Shown piece after piece: positions 45,387 through 54,226 of a DNA stretch of 64,000 bases. Position 1 is the stretch's first letter; the number at the start of each line of letters is the position of its first letter. The stretch covers positions 34,162 through 98,161 of the forward strand of contig JAUIER010000010.1 of assembly GCA_030429765.1 (NCBI GenBank). The letters run 5' to 3'. The position numbers and the translations under genes are program-made. This DNA comes from a bacterium. GTDB lineage: Bacteria; Omnitrophota; Gorgyraeia; Zapsychrales; Zapsychraceae. The notes under the pieces were generated by a model that made no database searches, was not told where the DNA came from, and saw only the letters and a list, made by a program, of their open reading frames with translations.

Positions 45387-45468
45387 ATCTTGAGTTTTCC
45401 CGCTAAAATGTTTCCATTTGACATCAGTCTTGTTAAAATAAATCGGATTCAAAAATAAAGGAATTAGT

Positions 45469-46833
45469 GTGTCTGTTAATGTAAAAGTCGCGCCGGGTGA
45501 TCTTCCGGAGTTTTGGAATGAATCGGTTGTCTTTTTTGCCAATATCCTGTCTCTGTTCTACGGAAACACAACGGAGACGGCGGTGCTCAAGCAGGAGGTT
45601 GGAGCGCTTGAGACGTACGGCAGCCGTCTATTGCCGCTGATCAATATCATGTTCCGCGGTCGGGACAATCTGCTGATCCTCGAGTCCCCGCCGGATCAGG
45701 ACTTGATCGCCTATTTCAAGTCCGACCTGAAACTGTCGCTTCCCACTTTCAAGATCGTCAAACAGGATATTTATGAATCTTTTGAGGGGCAGTCCGAGGC
45801 TTTACCGTCTAAAGCGCAATTTTTGATCGACGAACTAGTTGAGCATCCGGCCCGGCTGATCGACGGTTATGTGGTGGACGCGTCATTGCTGAGAATTGGA
45901 TCTTTGACCGGTAAAAAGATTTTAGGTACACCAACTGGATCGCGTAACGGCAATGACAAGTTAGTCCTGCATGAATTTCTTCAAATAACGGGTTTGAAGA
46001 TATATGACTCTTTCTTTGTGCAAGGATGTAACGGCATTGCAGATGCCCTTAAGGCGCTTAAGTCCAAGGGATATGTCTATGCTGTGATAAAAGCCCCCAT
46101 CGGCGCGTCAGGGGTCGGTATGTGCAAGGTTTCGGTGGATGAGGTGGCCATTCAGTCGGTGATCCCCGAGTACTTGTTGTACGAGGGGCAGCTGCTGATT
46201 CAGGGGTGGCTGGATGAGACCGTGAAGGGTGTCACGAATATTGGTTCGCCCAGCGTTCAGTTATTTGTCGACAATGAATGTGTCACGTTGTATGACTTGA
46301 CCGATCAGATCTTAAGCGCGGAAAGTATTCACGAAGGGAATGTTGCGCCGCCAGCGTTTCTGATGGGAGAATCGGCGTGTCGTGATGAGATTTTTAAACA
46401 GGCCCGCGTCGCCGGGGCCTGGTTGCATGATCAGGGATATCGCGGGACCGGCAGTATTGATTTTCAGGTAATTCGACGTGATGACGGCTTGGAAGTACGG
46501 ATATGTGAGATCAACGCGCGGGTGACCGGCGCCACGTATCCGGCGATCCTGGCGCGGACGTTCAACGGCCGCGGCGCGTGGTTGATGCGGAACATTCGAT
46601 TTGATCCGCGTCATGACACGTCGAATTTGCTGCAGACTATCGATGCCGCCGGATTGCTGTATCGACCGGGAATGGAGCAGGGCATCCTTCCGTTTAATTT
46701 TAATCCCAATCCGCAGGGGCGAAGTGTGAAGGGGCAGTTTTTGTTCCTGGCCCCAACGGTGGAGCAGACATTGAGTCTCCTGAAGAAGATGCAGGAACTT
46801 GATTCGATTGAAGGTGTTTATGACCGAGACTGA
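45469..46833 (+). CDS. ATP-grasp enzyme (preATP-grasp/PGM1-like)
   Basis: GNDK...H, VIK...GASG.G, SPSVQ, DQIL....HEGN..P, G..SIDF, CEINARVTGATYP. Confidence 0.7.
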   Translation: MSVNVKVAPGDLPEFWNESVVFFANILSLFYGNTTETAVLKQEVGALETYGSRLLPLINIMFRGRDNLLILESPPDQDLIAYFKSDLKLSLPTFKIVKQDIYESFEGQSEALPSKAQFLIDELVEHPARLIDGYVVDASLLRIGSLTGKKILGTPTGSRNGNDKLVLHEFLQITGLKIYDSFFVQGCNGIADALKALKSKGYVYAVIKAPIGASGVGMCKVSVDEVAIQSVIPEYLLYEGQLLIQGWLDETVKGVTNIGSPSVQLFVDNECVTLYDLTDQILSAESIHEGNVAPPAFLMGESACRDEIFKQARVAGAWLHDQGYRGTGSIDFQVIRRDDGLEVRICEINARVTGATYPAILARTFNGRGAWLMRNIRFDPRHDTSNLLQTIDAAGLLYRPGMEQGILPFNFNPNPQGRSVKGQFLFLAPTVEQTLSLLKKMQELDSIEGVYDRD

Positions 46834-47950
46834 TATCACATCAGAGAATATGTTAGAAGATCGGCTTGTCGCGCTTACACGCGACTTGATGCTTATTCCC
46901 AGTATCCCCACCCGTCCCGAAGACCGGCAGCGGGCGTTTGAGCTGATCAAAAATCATTTGGAGACTTTGGACCATATTGATGTCCGTGAGTACGAAGACA
47001 ACGGCATACCGTCGCTGGTCGCCGTTCCCAAGGGGGTACGTAAACCCAAGATCCTGATGTGCGGACATATCGATGTTATTGCCCATCCGGACGTCGCGAG
47101 CTATCGTTCGCATATTGAGAACGGTCGGATTTATGGGCCCGGTTCCGGAGATATGAAAGGTGCGGTGGCGATACTTCTTGAAGTGTTCCGCATGATCCAT
47201 CGACAATCGTCCAAGGCGTCGTTGGGTATCGCGATCACGTCGGATGAAGAAACCGGCGGCGAATCAGGTATTGGATTTCTGGTGAATAAGAAGGGCATTC
47301 GCGCTCACACGGCGATGATTCCCGACGGCGGATCGCTGAACCAGGTTACCGTCGAGGAAAAAGGGATTTTGCATGTGCGGGTGGCTTATCAAGGCGTTTC
47401 GGCGCACGCGGCCCGTCCGTGGCTGGGGACCAATTCATTGGAACATCTCATGGAGCGGCTCCGCGAGCTCAAGGCCTCATTTCATGTGATGCAGAGCAAT
47501 CACGAAGGGGATGATCGCTGGTATCCCACGTGTTCAGTCACCATGATGGAGACGGCCAATCAGCAGATCAATCGTATTCCATCGGAGGCCTCGGCGGTGC
47601 TGGATATTCGTTTTCCATCGCCGTACACCGTCAGGAAGATCAAGAAGCATGTCAAAGAAATTCTTGGGACCGAGGTCCACATGGATGTGATCATCGGCGC
47701 TGAGCCCACAAATTTGTCACCTGACAAAACCTATCAAAAAGTCATTGAGGAAGTGACCGGGCAGCCGACCATATTGGCCCGGGATGACGGGGGGAGTGAC
47801 GCGCGCTTTCTTTCCGCCCACGGTATTCCCGTGATGATTTCCCGCCCGCTCGTCGGTAATCTGCACATGGTCGACGAATGGATTGATATCAAGTCGATGG
47901 TGACGTTTTACAAGATCTACGCTGAATATCTCACCCGAAAATTACTGTAG
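46820..47950 (+). CDS. M20-family metallopeptidase/deacylase (DapE/ArgE-like)
   Basis: GHIDV, G.GS.DMKG, TSDEE.GG, EKG, SAHAARPW.G.N, GGSDARF, H..DEWI. Confidence 0.9.
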   Translation: MTETDITSENMLEDRLVALTRDLMLIPSIPTRPEDRQRAFELIKNHLETLDHIDVREYEDNGIPSLVAVPKGVRKPKILMCGHIDVIAHPDVASYRSHIENGRIYGPGSGDMKGAVAILLEVFRMIHRQSSKASLGIAITSDEETGGESGIGFLVNKKGIRAHTAMIPDGGSLNQVTVEEKGILHVRVAYQGVSAHAARPWLGTNSLEHLMERLRELKASFHVMQSNHEGDDRWYPTCSVTMMETANQQINRIPSEASAVLDIRFPSPYTVRKIKKHVKEILGTEVHMDVIIGAEPTNLSPDKTYQKVIEEVTGQPTILARDDGGSDARFLSAHGIPVMISRPLVGNLHMVDEWIDIKSMVTFYKIYAEYLTRKLL

Positions 47951-47962
47951 CCTGCTCGATTC

Positions 47963-47991
47963 TTGACAACGATCTGAATTTTCGATATATA
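47963..47991 (+). promoter_or_regulatory. Sigma70-type promoter upstream of the hsp20-htrA unit
   Basis: TTGACA-17 nt-TATATA. Confidence 0.55.
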
Positions 47992-48049
47992 AAAATTATC
48001 GGGATAAGACCAGTGTGTCGTTATATTTTTGTCCATAGGAGGAACGGAA

Positions 48050-48628
48050 ATGAATAAAGTTATCATGATGTTCGTTGTCATTGGTGTCGGGGCATTTGCC
48101 GGAGTTTCGTCGGCCGATGAATCGATCGACGCTCTGAAGGCGCAGATAGAGGCCCTGCAGCAACGGGTCGATCAGCTGGAACGCGAGCGGGCGCAGTCCC
48201 AGCCGCGCAGCCATCCGGATCAATGGGATCCATTTGCCGAAATGGAGCGGATGCAGGAGGAGATGAACGCGATTTTTGACCGGCGCTCAAACGGATTTCG
48301 ATCACCTTCAACAATTATTAGTCAGCAGATCACGATTCCGGCCAACGATATGGAGTTGATCGAAACAGATACCGGATATGAAATTCACTATGATATTTCC
48401 GGCATGGACGAAAACAAGATCGATATCAAGGTCGGTCAGCATTCGGTGACGTTGACGGGGCAGTACTCAGCGAACACCGAAAATCAAAGTCCGAACGCCT
48501 ATGTTCGCTCGTCGAGTTTTGGATCGTTCACCAAGACAATACCATTACCGACGGACGCGGATACCGCCAAGATGGAAACGCGTCAGGAGGGGACAACCCT
48601 AATATTAACCCTGCCCAGGCGAGGGTAG
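48050..48628 (+). CDS. Hsp20/alpha-crystallin protein with signal peptide and coiled coil
   Basis: AGGAGG RBS; signal peptide ending SSA|D; WDPF.EMERMQ.EM; D.SG.D...I.I, FGSF.KTI.LP..AD, G.L.LTLPR. Confidence 0.85.
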   Translation: MNKVIMMFVVIGVGAFAGVSSADESIDALKAQIEALQQRVDQLERERAQSQPRSHPDQWDPFAEMERMQEEMNAIFDRRSNGFRSPSTIISQQITIPANDMELIETDTGYEIHYDISGMDENKIDIKVGQHSVTLTGQYSANTENQSPNAYVRSSSFGSFTKTIPLPTDADTAKMETRQEGTTLILTLPRRG

Positions 48629-48646
48629 AACCATCCGTATACAAGT

Positions 48647-49732
48647 ATGAATCGACGATTTTTTTGGTTAGTCATAATTTGTTCCATTGGCGTGTTGCTG
48701 TGGAATCGGCAAGAGTCGGATTGGGTGCCGGTGCGTAATGTGGAGGCCACACAGCTCAATGCCGAGGAACAGGTCACGGTGAGCATCTTCGAACAGGTCT
48801 CCCCATCGGTGGCGTTTATTAAAAACGCGGCGCTGCAGGTTGACTGGTTTTCAGCGGCCTATTATGAAGTGCCTCGGGGGGCGGGCTCGGGATTTGTGTG
48901 GGATTCCGCTGGACATATCGTGACCAATTTTCATGTAGTGTATCAGGCTCATAAGATTGACGTGGTGCTGTCGGATCATCAGACATACTCAGCACAAGTT
49001 GTGGGTGTGAGCCCTGATCACGATTTGGCGGTACTCAAGATCGACGCGCCGTCAGAGCTTCTTAAGCCGATTCCATTGGGTGTTTCCAAAGAGCTCAAGG
49101 TCGGGCAGCAGGCCCTGTCGATCGGTAATCCGTTTGGACTGGATTATTCGCTAACGACGGGTGTTGTCAGCGCACTGGGGCGATCTATTCAGGCCATGAC
49201 AGGGCGGCGGATCTTTGATGTGATTCAAACTGACGCCGCCATTAATCCCGGCAGTTCGGGCGGTCCTTTGCTCGACTCATCGGGACGTTTGATAGGTGTG
49301 GCAACGGCGATCTACAGCCCGTCCGGCGCGTCTGCGGGCGTGGGATTTGCGATTCCCGTGGATACGGTCAATCGAATTGTGCCGCAATTGATCAAGTACG
49401 GACGTGTTAAGAAGATTGGGCTGGGCATCGTCCTGGCGCCGGATAATGTCGGCGACAGACTGGGTATTGAAGGGGCGTTGATCCTTAAGACCCTGAACAA
49501 TGGTCCGGCCGATATCGCCGGTTTACGGCCGACGCAGCGCAATTACTATGGGCAGATCGCTTTCGGGGACATCATTATCCGGTTAGATGACCGGGATATC
49601 AGGAATAACGAAGATTTATCCGAGTACATTGAGAAGCACAAAAAGGACGGTGATCCGATTGAGATCAAGTTCATGCGTTCCGGTAAAGAATATGGAACTA
49701 CTGCTGTCGTCCGTGATCTAGATGCGTTATAA
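48647..49732 (+). CDS. HtrA/DegP-family trypsin-like serine protease with PDZ domain
   Basis: GSGFVWD..GHIVTNFHV, DLAVLK, IGNPFGL, IQTDAAINPGSSGGPLL, GFAIP. Confidence 0.93.
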   Translation: MNRRFFWLVIICSIGVLLWNRQESDWVPVRNVEATQLNAEEQVTVSIFEQVSPSVAFIKNAALQVDWFSAAYYEVPRGAGSGFVWDSAGHIVTNFHVVYQAHKIDVVLSDHQTYSAQVVGVSPDHDLAVLKIDAPSELLKPIPLGVSKELKVGQQALSIGNPFGLDYSLTTGVVSALGRSIQAMTGRRIFDVIQTDAAINPGSSGGPLLDSSGRLIGVATAIYSPSGASAGVGFAIPVDTVNRIVPQLIKYGRVKKIGLGIVLAPDNVGDRLGIEGALILKTLNNGPADIAGLRPTQRNYYGQIAFGDIIIRLDDRDIRNNEDLSEYIEKHKKDGDPIEIKFMRSGKEYGTTAVVRDLDAL

Positions 49733-50289
49733 TGGAAGCCATGAAAAATCGTCCGCATCGTCTACAGGCTCTGGTTTTTTGTCTATTTCTGGGTTCATTA
49801 GTTTGTGTTTCAACGGCATTGGCGCAAACAGCCATCAAATCAATCCTTCCTCCGCACAAAAATATCGAATTATTTTACAATCAATTCAGTCGTGACACGA
49901 TGTATCTGGTCGACGATTTTTATGATCCGGATGTTCAATTTGCCGATCCGATTGTACAATTGACCGATCGTGAACAATTACGGACTTATTACCAGGACAT
50001 GTACGACAATGTCAAAGATATCGAATTCAAGTTTGACCGCGAGATTGTTCAGGGTGATGAGCATATTGTTTTCTGGACGATGACGATGACAACCAAGCGC
50101 CTGAACAAGGGGCGGCCAATTGTGGTGGAGGGGGTTTCGCACATCCGATTTGGCGGCGGCCAGGGCAAGGCCGTTTACCATCGGGATTATTTTGATGTCG
50201 GCGAGATGGTCTATGAGCACGCACCAATCGTCGGGCGTCTGACAAGATATGTGAAAAACAAGCTGAAAGGCGAATTCAAGGACAAATAG
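49732..50289 (+). CDS. NTF2/SnoaL-like protein with N-terminal signal
   Basis: FY..DV.F.DP, WTM, G.S.I.F, YHRDYFD..EM.YE..P..G. Confidence 0.82.
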   Translation: MEAMKNRPHRLQALVFCLFLGSLVCVSTALAQTAIKSILPPHKNIELFYNQFSRDTMYLVDDFYDPDVQFADPIVQLTDREQLRTYYQDMYDNVKDIEFKFDREIVQGDEHIVFWTMTMTTKRLNKGRPIVVEGVSHIRFGGGQGKAVYHRDYFDVGEMVYEHAPIVGRLTRYVKNKLKGEFKDK

Positions 50290-50291
50290 GT

Positions 50292-51449
50292 ATGGAGATC
50301 ATTTCGAATACATCCAAATCCAAGAATATGGGAAAATTGATCGATGAGCTTACGGTAGATTGCAACGGCACGTATAATATGGGCGTTTTGTTTATCGCGT
50401 CGATTGCCAAAGAACACATCCAGATGATTATCAACAATATTCGTCAGCGGGTCGATATCCGGAATTTTATGGCGTGCACATGCGCCGGTATCATCGGCAG
50501 TCATATGGAGTTGGAAGGTGAGGTCGGCGCGAGCCTGTTTTTGGCCAATATGCCCAAGACTGAGGTTAGTCCGTTTTACATCAGTCAAGATGAGCTCGAG
50601 GCCATGCAGACACCGCAGCATTTTTATGAAAAGCTCGGCGTTAAGCCCGACCAGAAGCCCGTATTTCTGGTTTTACCGGATCCTTTCCAGGTGGACCTGA
50701 ACAGGTTTATGGACGGTATGAACACCGCCTATAAATCAGCGCCGATCGTGGGCGGTCTGGCCAGCGGGTCGGCCCGGGCGGAAGGTAACACGCTGTATCA
50801 GAATGGAAATACCTATCATCAGGGAATTATCGGCTTCACCTTGACGGGTGACATTACGGTCGATACCATTGTGTCGCAGGGGTGCCGTCCCGTCGGAGAG
50901 ACATATATCGTGACCAGGGCGCAGGACAATGTGATTCACGAAGTGGCGGGAAAACCAGTGCTGGAGGTGATCAAGTCGGTCTTTCAGGGATTACCTGAAC
51001 ATGATCGTCTGATGGCGCAGCAGGCCCTGCTGATCGGCGTGGTTATGGATGAATACAAACATCCGCTCAAACGTGGAGACTTTCTAATTCGGTCTGTCAT
51101 CGGGATCGATCAGTCGGCGGGATCCATTGTGATCGGCGACAGCATCAGGACCGGGCAGACCATCCAGCTCCATGTGCGGGATGCCAAAGCGGCCGAGGAG
51201 GATTTAAACGCCCTGCTGGAAATTTATAAAGAGGAGAACGAAGGGGTTTCACCTCAGGGGGCCTTTGTCTTTTCGTGTAACGGTCGCGGGACCGGACTCT
51301 TTCAGGAGCCGAACCACGATATTAAAATTATTCAGAAACATCTGGGGCCGATTCCTGCAGCCGGATTTTTTTGTTCCGGTGAAATTGGTCCGATTGGCGG
51401 GACAAATTTTATTCATGGGTTTACCGACAGTATTGTCGTGTTCTCGTAA
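50292..51449 (+). CDS. FIST-domain (NosP-like) signal transduction protein
   Basis: C..AGIIG, L.DPF, GGLASG, VSQGCRP.G, GDFL.R...G.D, FSCNGRG..LF, GFF..GEIGP....F.HGFT. Confidence 0.9.
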   Translation: MEIISNTSKSKNMGKLIDELTVDCNGTYNMGVLFIASIAKEHIQMIINNIRQRVDIRNFMACTCAGIIGSHMELEGEVGASLFLANMPKTEVSPFYISQDELEAMQTPQHFYEKLGVKPDQKPVFLVLPDPFQVDLNRFMDGMNTAYKSAPIVGGLASGSARAEGNTLYQNGNTYHQGIIGFTLTGDITVDTIVSQGCRPVGETYIVTRAQDNVIHEVAGKPVLEVIKSVFQGLPEHDRLMAQQALLIGVVMDEYKHPLKRGDFLIRSVIGIDQSAGSIVIGDSIRTGQTIQLHVRDAKAAEEDLNALLEIYKEENEGVSPQGAFVFSCNGRGTGLFQEPNHDIKIIQKHLGPIPAAGFFCSGEIGPIGGTNFIHGFTDSIVVFS

Positions 51450-51544
51450 GAAATTTTCTTCTATATCCGTTCGGATGGAAATCTTTTAGGCTATTCACGT
51501 CGGGAGATTTCAATATAAAAACAGCCTAATGTGAAGGAGTTGAT

Positions 51545-52537
51545 ATGCGTAAGTCATTTTGGGGCATCTTTCTGCTCAATATTTTTGTGGTGTCTTTTAT
51601 GCTGGCGTCTTACGTCAGCGGTCAGCAGGAGGCCGAGCCGGTTAAAGAGTCGATCATTCAGATGAAGAAAGTTGATCCGCCGCAAAGTCTCGAGGAGGTG
51701 GCCGTGCAGCAGGTGGAGACGGCCAAGAAGCTGATTGACACGGTGATCGAATTTTTTGTCAAATACAGTTTTCAAGTCATCGGCGGTTTTATCGTCCTGC
51801 TGTTGGGATATTTTATCGGCGGTTTTATATCCCGCAAGCTGTTTCAATTCTGTCAGAAAAAGAATTTTGATGTCACGGTTTCCAAGTTTATCGCCGATTG
51901 TATCAAACTGCTGATTATCCTTTTCGCCGTCATTGTGGCGTTGGGCAAATTCGGGATCGAAGTGGCGCCGCTGATCGCCGCATTAAGTGTCGCCGGTTTT
52001 GGTTTGAGTTTCGCGCTGCAGGGGCCGCTGGCTAACTATGCCGCAGGCTTGTCGCTGATCTTCGCCAAGCCGTTTAAGGTGGGAGATATTATCGAAGTGG
52101 CGGACCGGACCGGTGAGGTCCTGGAGATCAAACTGCCCCGGACTGAGATCCGCACGGTCGATGGGGTAAAAGTTTTGATTCCCAATAGTTCCATTGTCGG
52201 CGAGATCATTCACAACTGTTCGAAGTTCAAGCGTGTGGATCTGGACGTCGGGGTGGCCTATGATGCCGATGTGGACCGGGCGATTGAATTGGTTCGTGAA
52301 ACCATTAAGTCTGATAAGCGTGTGGAATCCAGTAAAGAGCCGTGCATCGGGATCAAGGGCTTTGGTGATTCGAGTGTGGATATTCACGCGCGTTTCTGGT
52401 GCCGGCAAACCGAGTATTGGAGTGTTTTTTACGATCTCAACAAGCGGATTTTTGATGCCTTTAAGCAGAATAACATTGAAATTCCGTTTCCGCAGCGCGA
52501 TGTGCATTTGTTCAAGGTTGATGAAACCAACGGTTAG
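51545..52537 (+). CDS. mscS: Small-conductance mechanosensitive channel
   Basis: ALQG.L.N.AAG, PFKVGD.I, IPN..I, VGVAYD.D, FGDSSV, IEIPFPQRD. Confidence 0.92.
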   Translation: MRKSFWGIFLLNIFVVSFMLASYVSGQQEAEPVKESIIQMKKVDPPQSLEEVAVQQVETAKKLIDTVIEFFVKYSFQVIGGFIVLLLGYFIGGFISRKLFQFCQKKNFDVTVSKFIADCIKLLIILFAVIVALGKFGIEVAPLIAALSVAGFGLSFALQGPLANYAAGLSLIFAKPFKVGDIIEVADRTGEVLEIKLPRTEIRTVDGVKVLIPNSSIVGEIIHNCSKFKRVDLDVGVAYDADVDRAIELVRETIKSDKRVESSKEPCIGIKGFGDSSVDIHARFWCRQTEYWSVFYDLNKRIFDAFKQNNIEIPFPQRDVHLFKVDETNG

Positions 52538-52777
52538 GTGATGGTTGATCCGATCCGCAATCTTGGTCCGGTTTCCCGTGAATGGATGCGGGCGGTGGAT
52601 GTAAACACGCTGGCCGATCTTAAAAGATTAGGATCGGTCAAAGTTTATAAACTCATCAAAAACAAAGGCTTACCAGTCTCATTAAATCTGCTTTATGCGC
52701 TTGAGGGGGCAATTCGGGATGTTCCCTGGCATAGCTTGCCGCCGGATACCCGGGAGTCTCTCAAGGCTAGCCGTTAG
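52538..52777 (+). CDS. TfoX/Sxy C-terminal domain protein
   Basis: NLGP....W...V...T..DL..LG....Y..I......SLNLLYALEGAI....W..L. Confidence 0.85.
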   Translation: MMVDPIRNLGPVSREWMRAVDVNTLADLKRLGSVKVYKLIKNKGLPVSLNLLYALEGAIRDVPWHSLPPDTRESLKASR

Positions 52778-52809
52778 TTTTGAGCCGTTCTATGTGGTAT
52801 ACTTGCCGC

Positions 52810-53145
52810 ATGATCCGTCTTAAGATATCCATTCGCAACATTGTTAATGTCCTTTTGGTATTCGTGGGAACGATTTTCTTTCTGTATTCCTACATGCTCA
52901 ATATCCTGCCCGTAATTGATCTGGGCTATCTGTCGCTCAAAGAGATTTACGTGTTGAACTTGATCCTGCTGCTGATTATCGCGGTTTGCGTGGTTGTCAT
53001 GGTGAAAAACCGAACCATGGTCTATCGAGGTAAAGCCCTGGGAATTCGATCGACCGCCTACTGTGTGATTGTCAACGCCCTCAAGATTGTCTTCTGCGTG
53101 GGTTTATCCTACTGTTTCTTTTACTATTCCATTACCTTCGGTTAG
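52810..53145 (+). CDS. Small three-TM hypothetical protein
   Basis: Hydrophobic ORF; ATG 52810 lies 6 nt after TG-G-TATACT. Confidence 0.55.
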   Translation: MIRLKISIRNIVNVLLVFVGTIFFLYSYMLNILPVIDLGYLSLKEIYVLNLILLLIIAVCVVVMVKNRTMVYRGKALGIRSTAYCVIVNALKIVFCVGLSYCFFYYSITFG

Positions 53146-53208
53146 AATCGTGAAATTTTCTTGGCATCCCCTCGAGGAGTGATATACTGATGTATAAGGG
53201 AGGGAGCC

Positions 53209-53427
53209 ATGAAAGAAGAAAATCAAAAAGATCTGGAGAATCTTTCCAAAACGGCGTATCGAAGCGGCGTTTTGCCGATATTTCTGGGAGTCCTTGTGCT
53301 TTTTATTGGTGTCATCAATAAAGACATGTTTGAAGGCGCCGCCGGACTGTTTATCTTTATCGTCGGCTATTCTTTTGTAAAAATCTCGTCGAAGATCAAT
53401 ACGATCATTCAACGGGAAAACGCATAG
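53209..53427 (+). CDS. Small two-TM hypothetical protein
   Basis: Strong AGGGAGGGAG RBS; TGATATACT -10 upstream. Confidence 0.65.
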   Translation: MKEENQKDLENLSKTAYRSGVLPIFLGVLVLFIGVINKDMFEGAAGLFIFIVGYSFVKISSKINTIIQRENA

Positions 53428-53512
53428 GCTATTTATCAAAATATCTATTCGGAGCGTACCATTTGATGATATAATGGTCGCATTCTGATTAAAAAAAATC
53501 GATCTACACGCT

Positions 53513-54118
53513 ATGAAATTCAGATCCACATTATTCATTCTCTTTCTTTGTCTGGGATTAACGTTTTCCGTTGTTCCCGAAAGTTTTGCCGAAACTGTCT
53601 GGCAGATTGCCCCCAGCCGCTCAAAGATCGCGTTTAAAGTCCGTCACTTGGTTTTTCTGGAGGTGGAAGGACGCTTTAAACAATTTCAAGGTCAAGTGGT
53701 GGCTGATCAAATGAACCTGGCCAACTCCAAGATGCGGATGAGCATTGACGTTGACAGTATTTACACCGGGATTGATGATCGAGACAAACATCTGATCAGC
53801 GCCGATTTTTTTGATTCAAAGAAATTTCCCGAGATCACCTTCACCAGTCAGTCTGTCGAAGAGCTCAAAGACGGCTCCGGCAACTATAAGATTGTGGGTG
53901 AATTGACGATGCGGGGCGTTACACGTCCGATCGAACTGATCGCCGAACGGAAAAAGGTCAAGACTTTGCCGAATGGTAAAACACGCATGGATTTGGTGGC
54001 GACCGGCACCGTGAACCGTTTCGATTACCAGCTCGAGTGGAACGAGGTGGTCGAGACCGGCAAGGCCATTGTTGGTGATATCGTTGACCTCAACCTGAAG
54101 ATTGCCCTCCTGAACTAA
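53513..54118 (+). CDS. YceI-family exported lipid/isoprenoid-binding protein
   Basis: Signal peptide ending SFA; S.I.FKVRH...V.G.F, SI.TG...RD.HL.S.DFFD..KFPEITF.S, G.LT.RGVT. Confidence 0.92.
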   Translation: MKFRSTLFILFLCLGLTFSVVPESFAETVWQIAPSRSKIAFKVRHLVFLEVEGRFKQFQGQVVADQMNLANSKMRMSIDVDSIYTGIDDRDKHLISADFFDSKKFPEITFTSQSVEELKDGSGNYKIVGELTMRGVTRPIELIAERKKVKTLPNGKTRMDLVATGTVNRFDYQLEWNEVVETGKAIVGDIVDLNLKIALLN

Positions 54119-54145
54119 TCCTTCCCATAAAAATCGTGTTTACGA

Positions 54146-54174
54146 TTGACATTCAATTTTTCATTGCTGATAAT
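54146..54174 (+). promoter_or_regulatory. Sigma70 promoter of the cytochrome-porin operon
   Basis: TTGACA-17 nt-GATAAT. Confidence 0.6.
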
Positions 54175-54226
54175 GGAGTATAGTGTTTATTTAACTCTTT
54201 TATTTTCATAGACTACGAGAAATATT

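Noticed and set aside
47951-48049. CIRCE/HAIR heat-shock operator upstream of hsp20
   Set aside because: Neither TTAGCACTC-N9-GAGTGCTAA nor CTTGAGT-N7-ACTCAAG is present.
54145-54185. FNR or Fur box at the cytochrome promoter (ATTGA-CAT-TCAAT; GATAATG)
   Set aside because: The spacing does not fit TTGAT-N4-ATCAA and only half a Fur box matches; both are explained by the -35/-10 elements.
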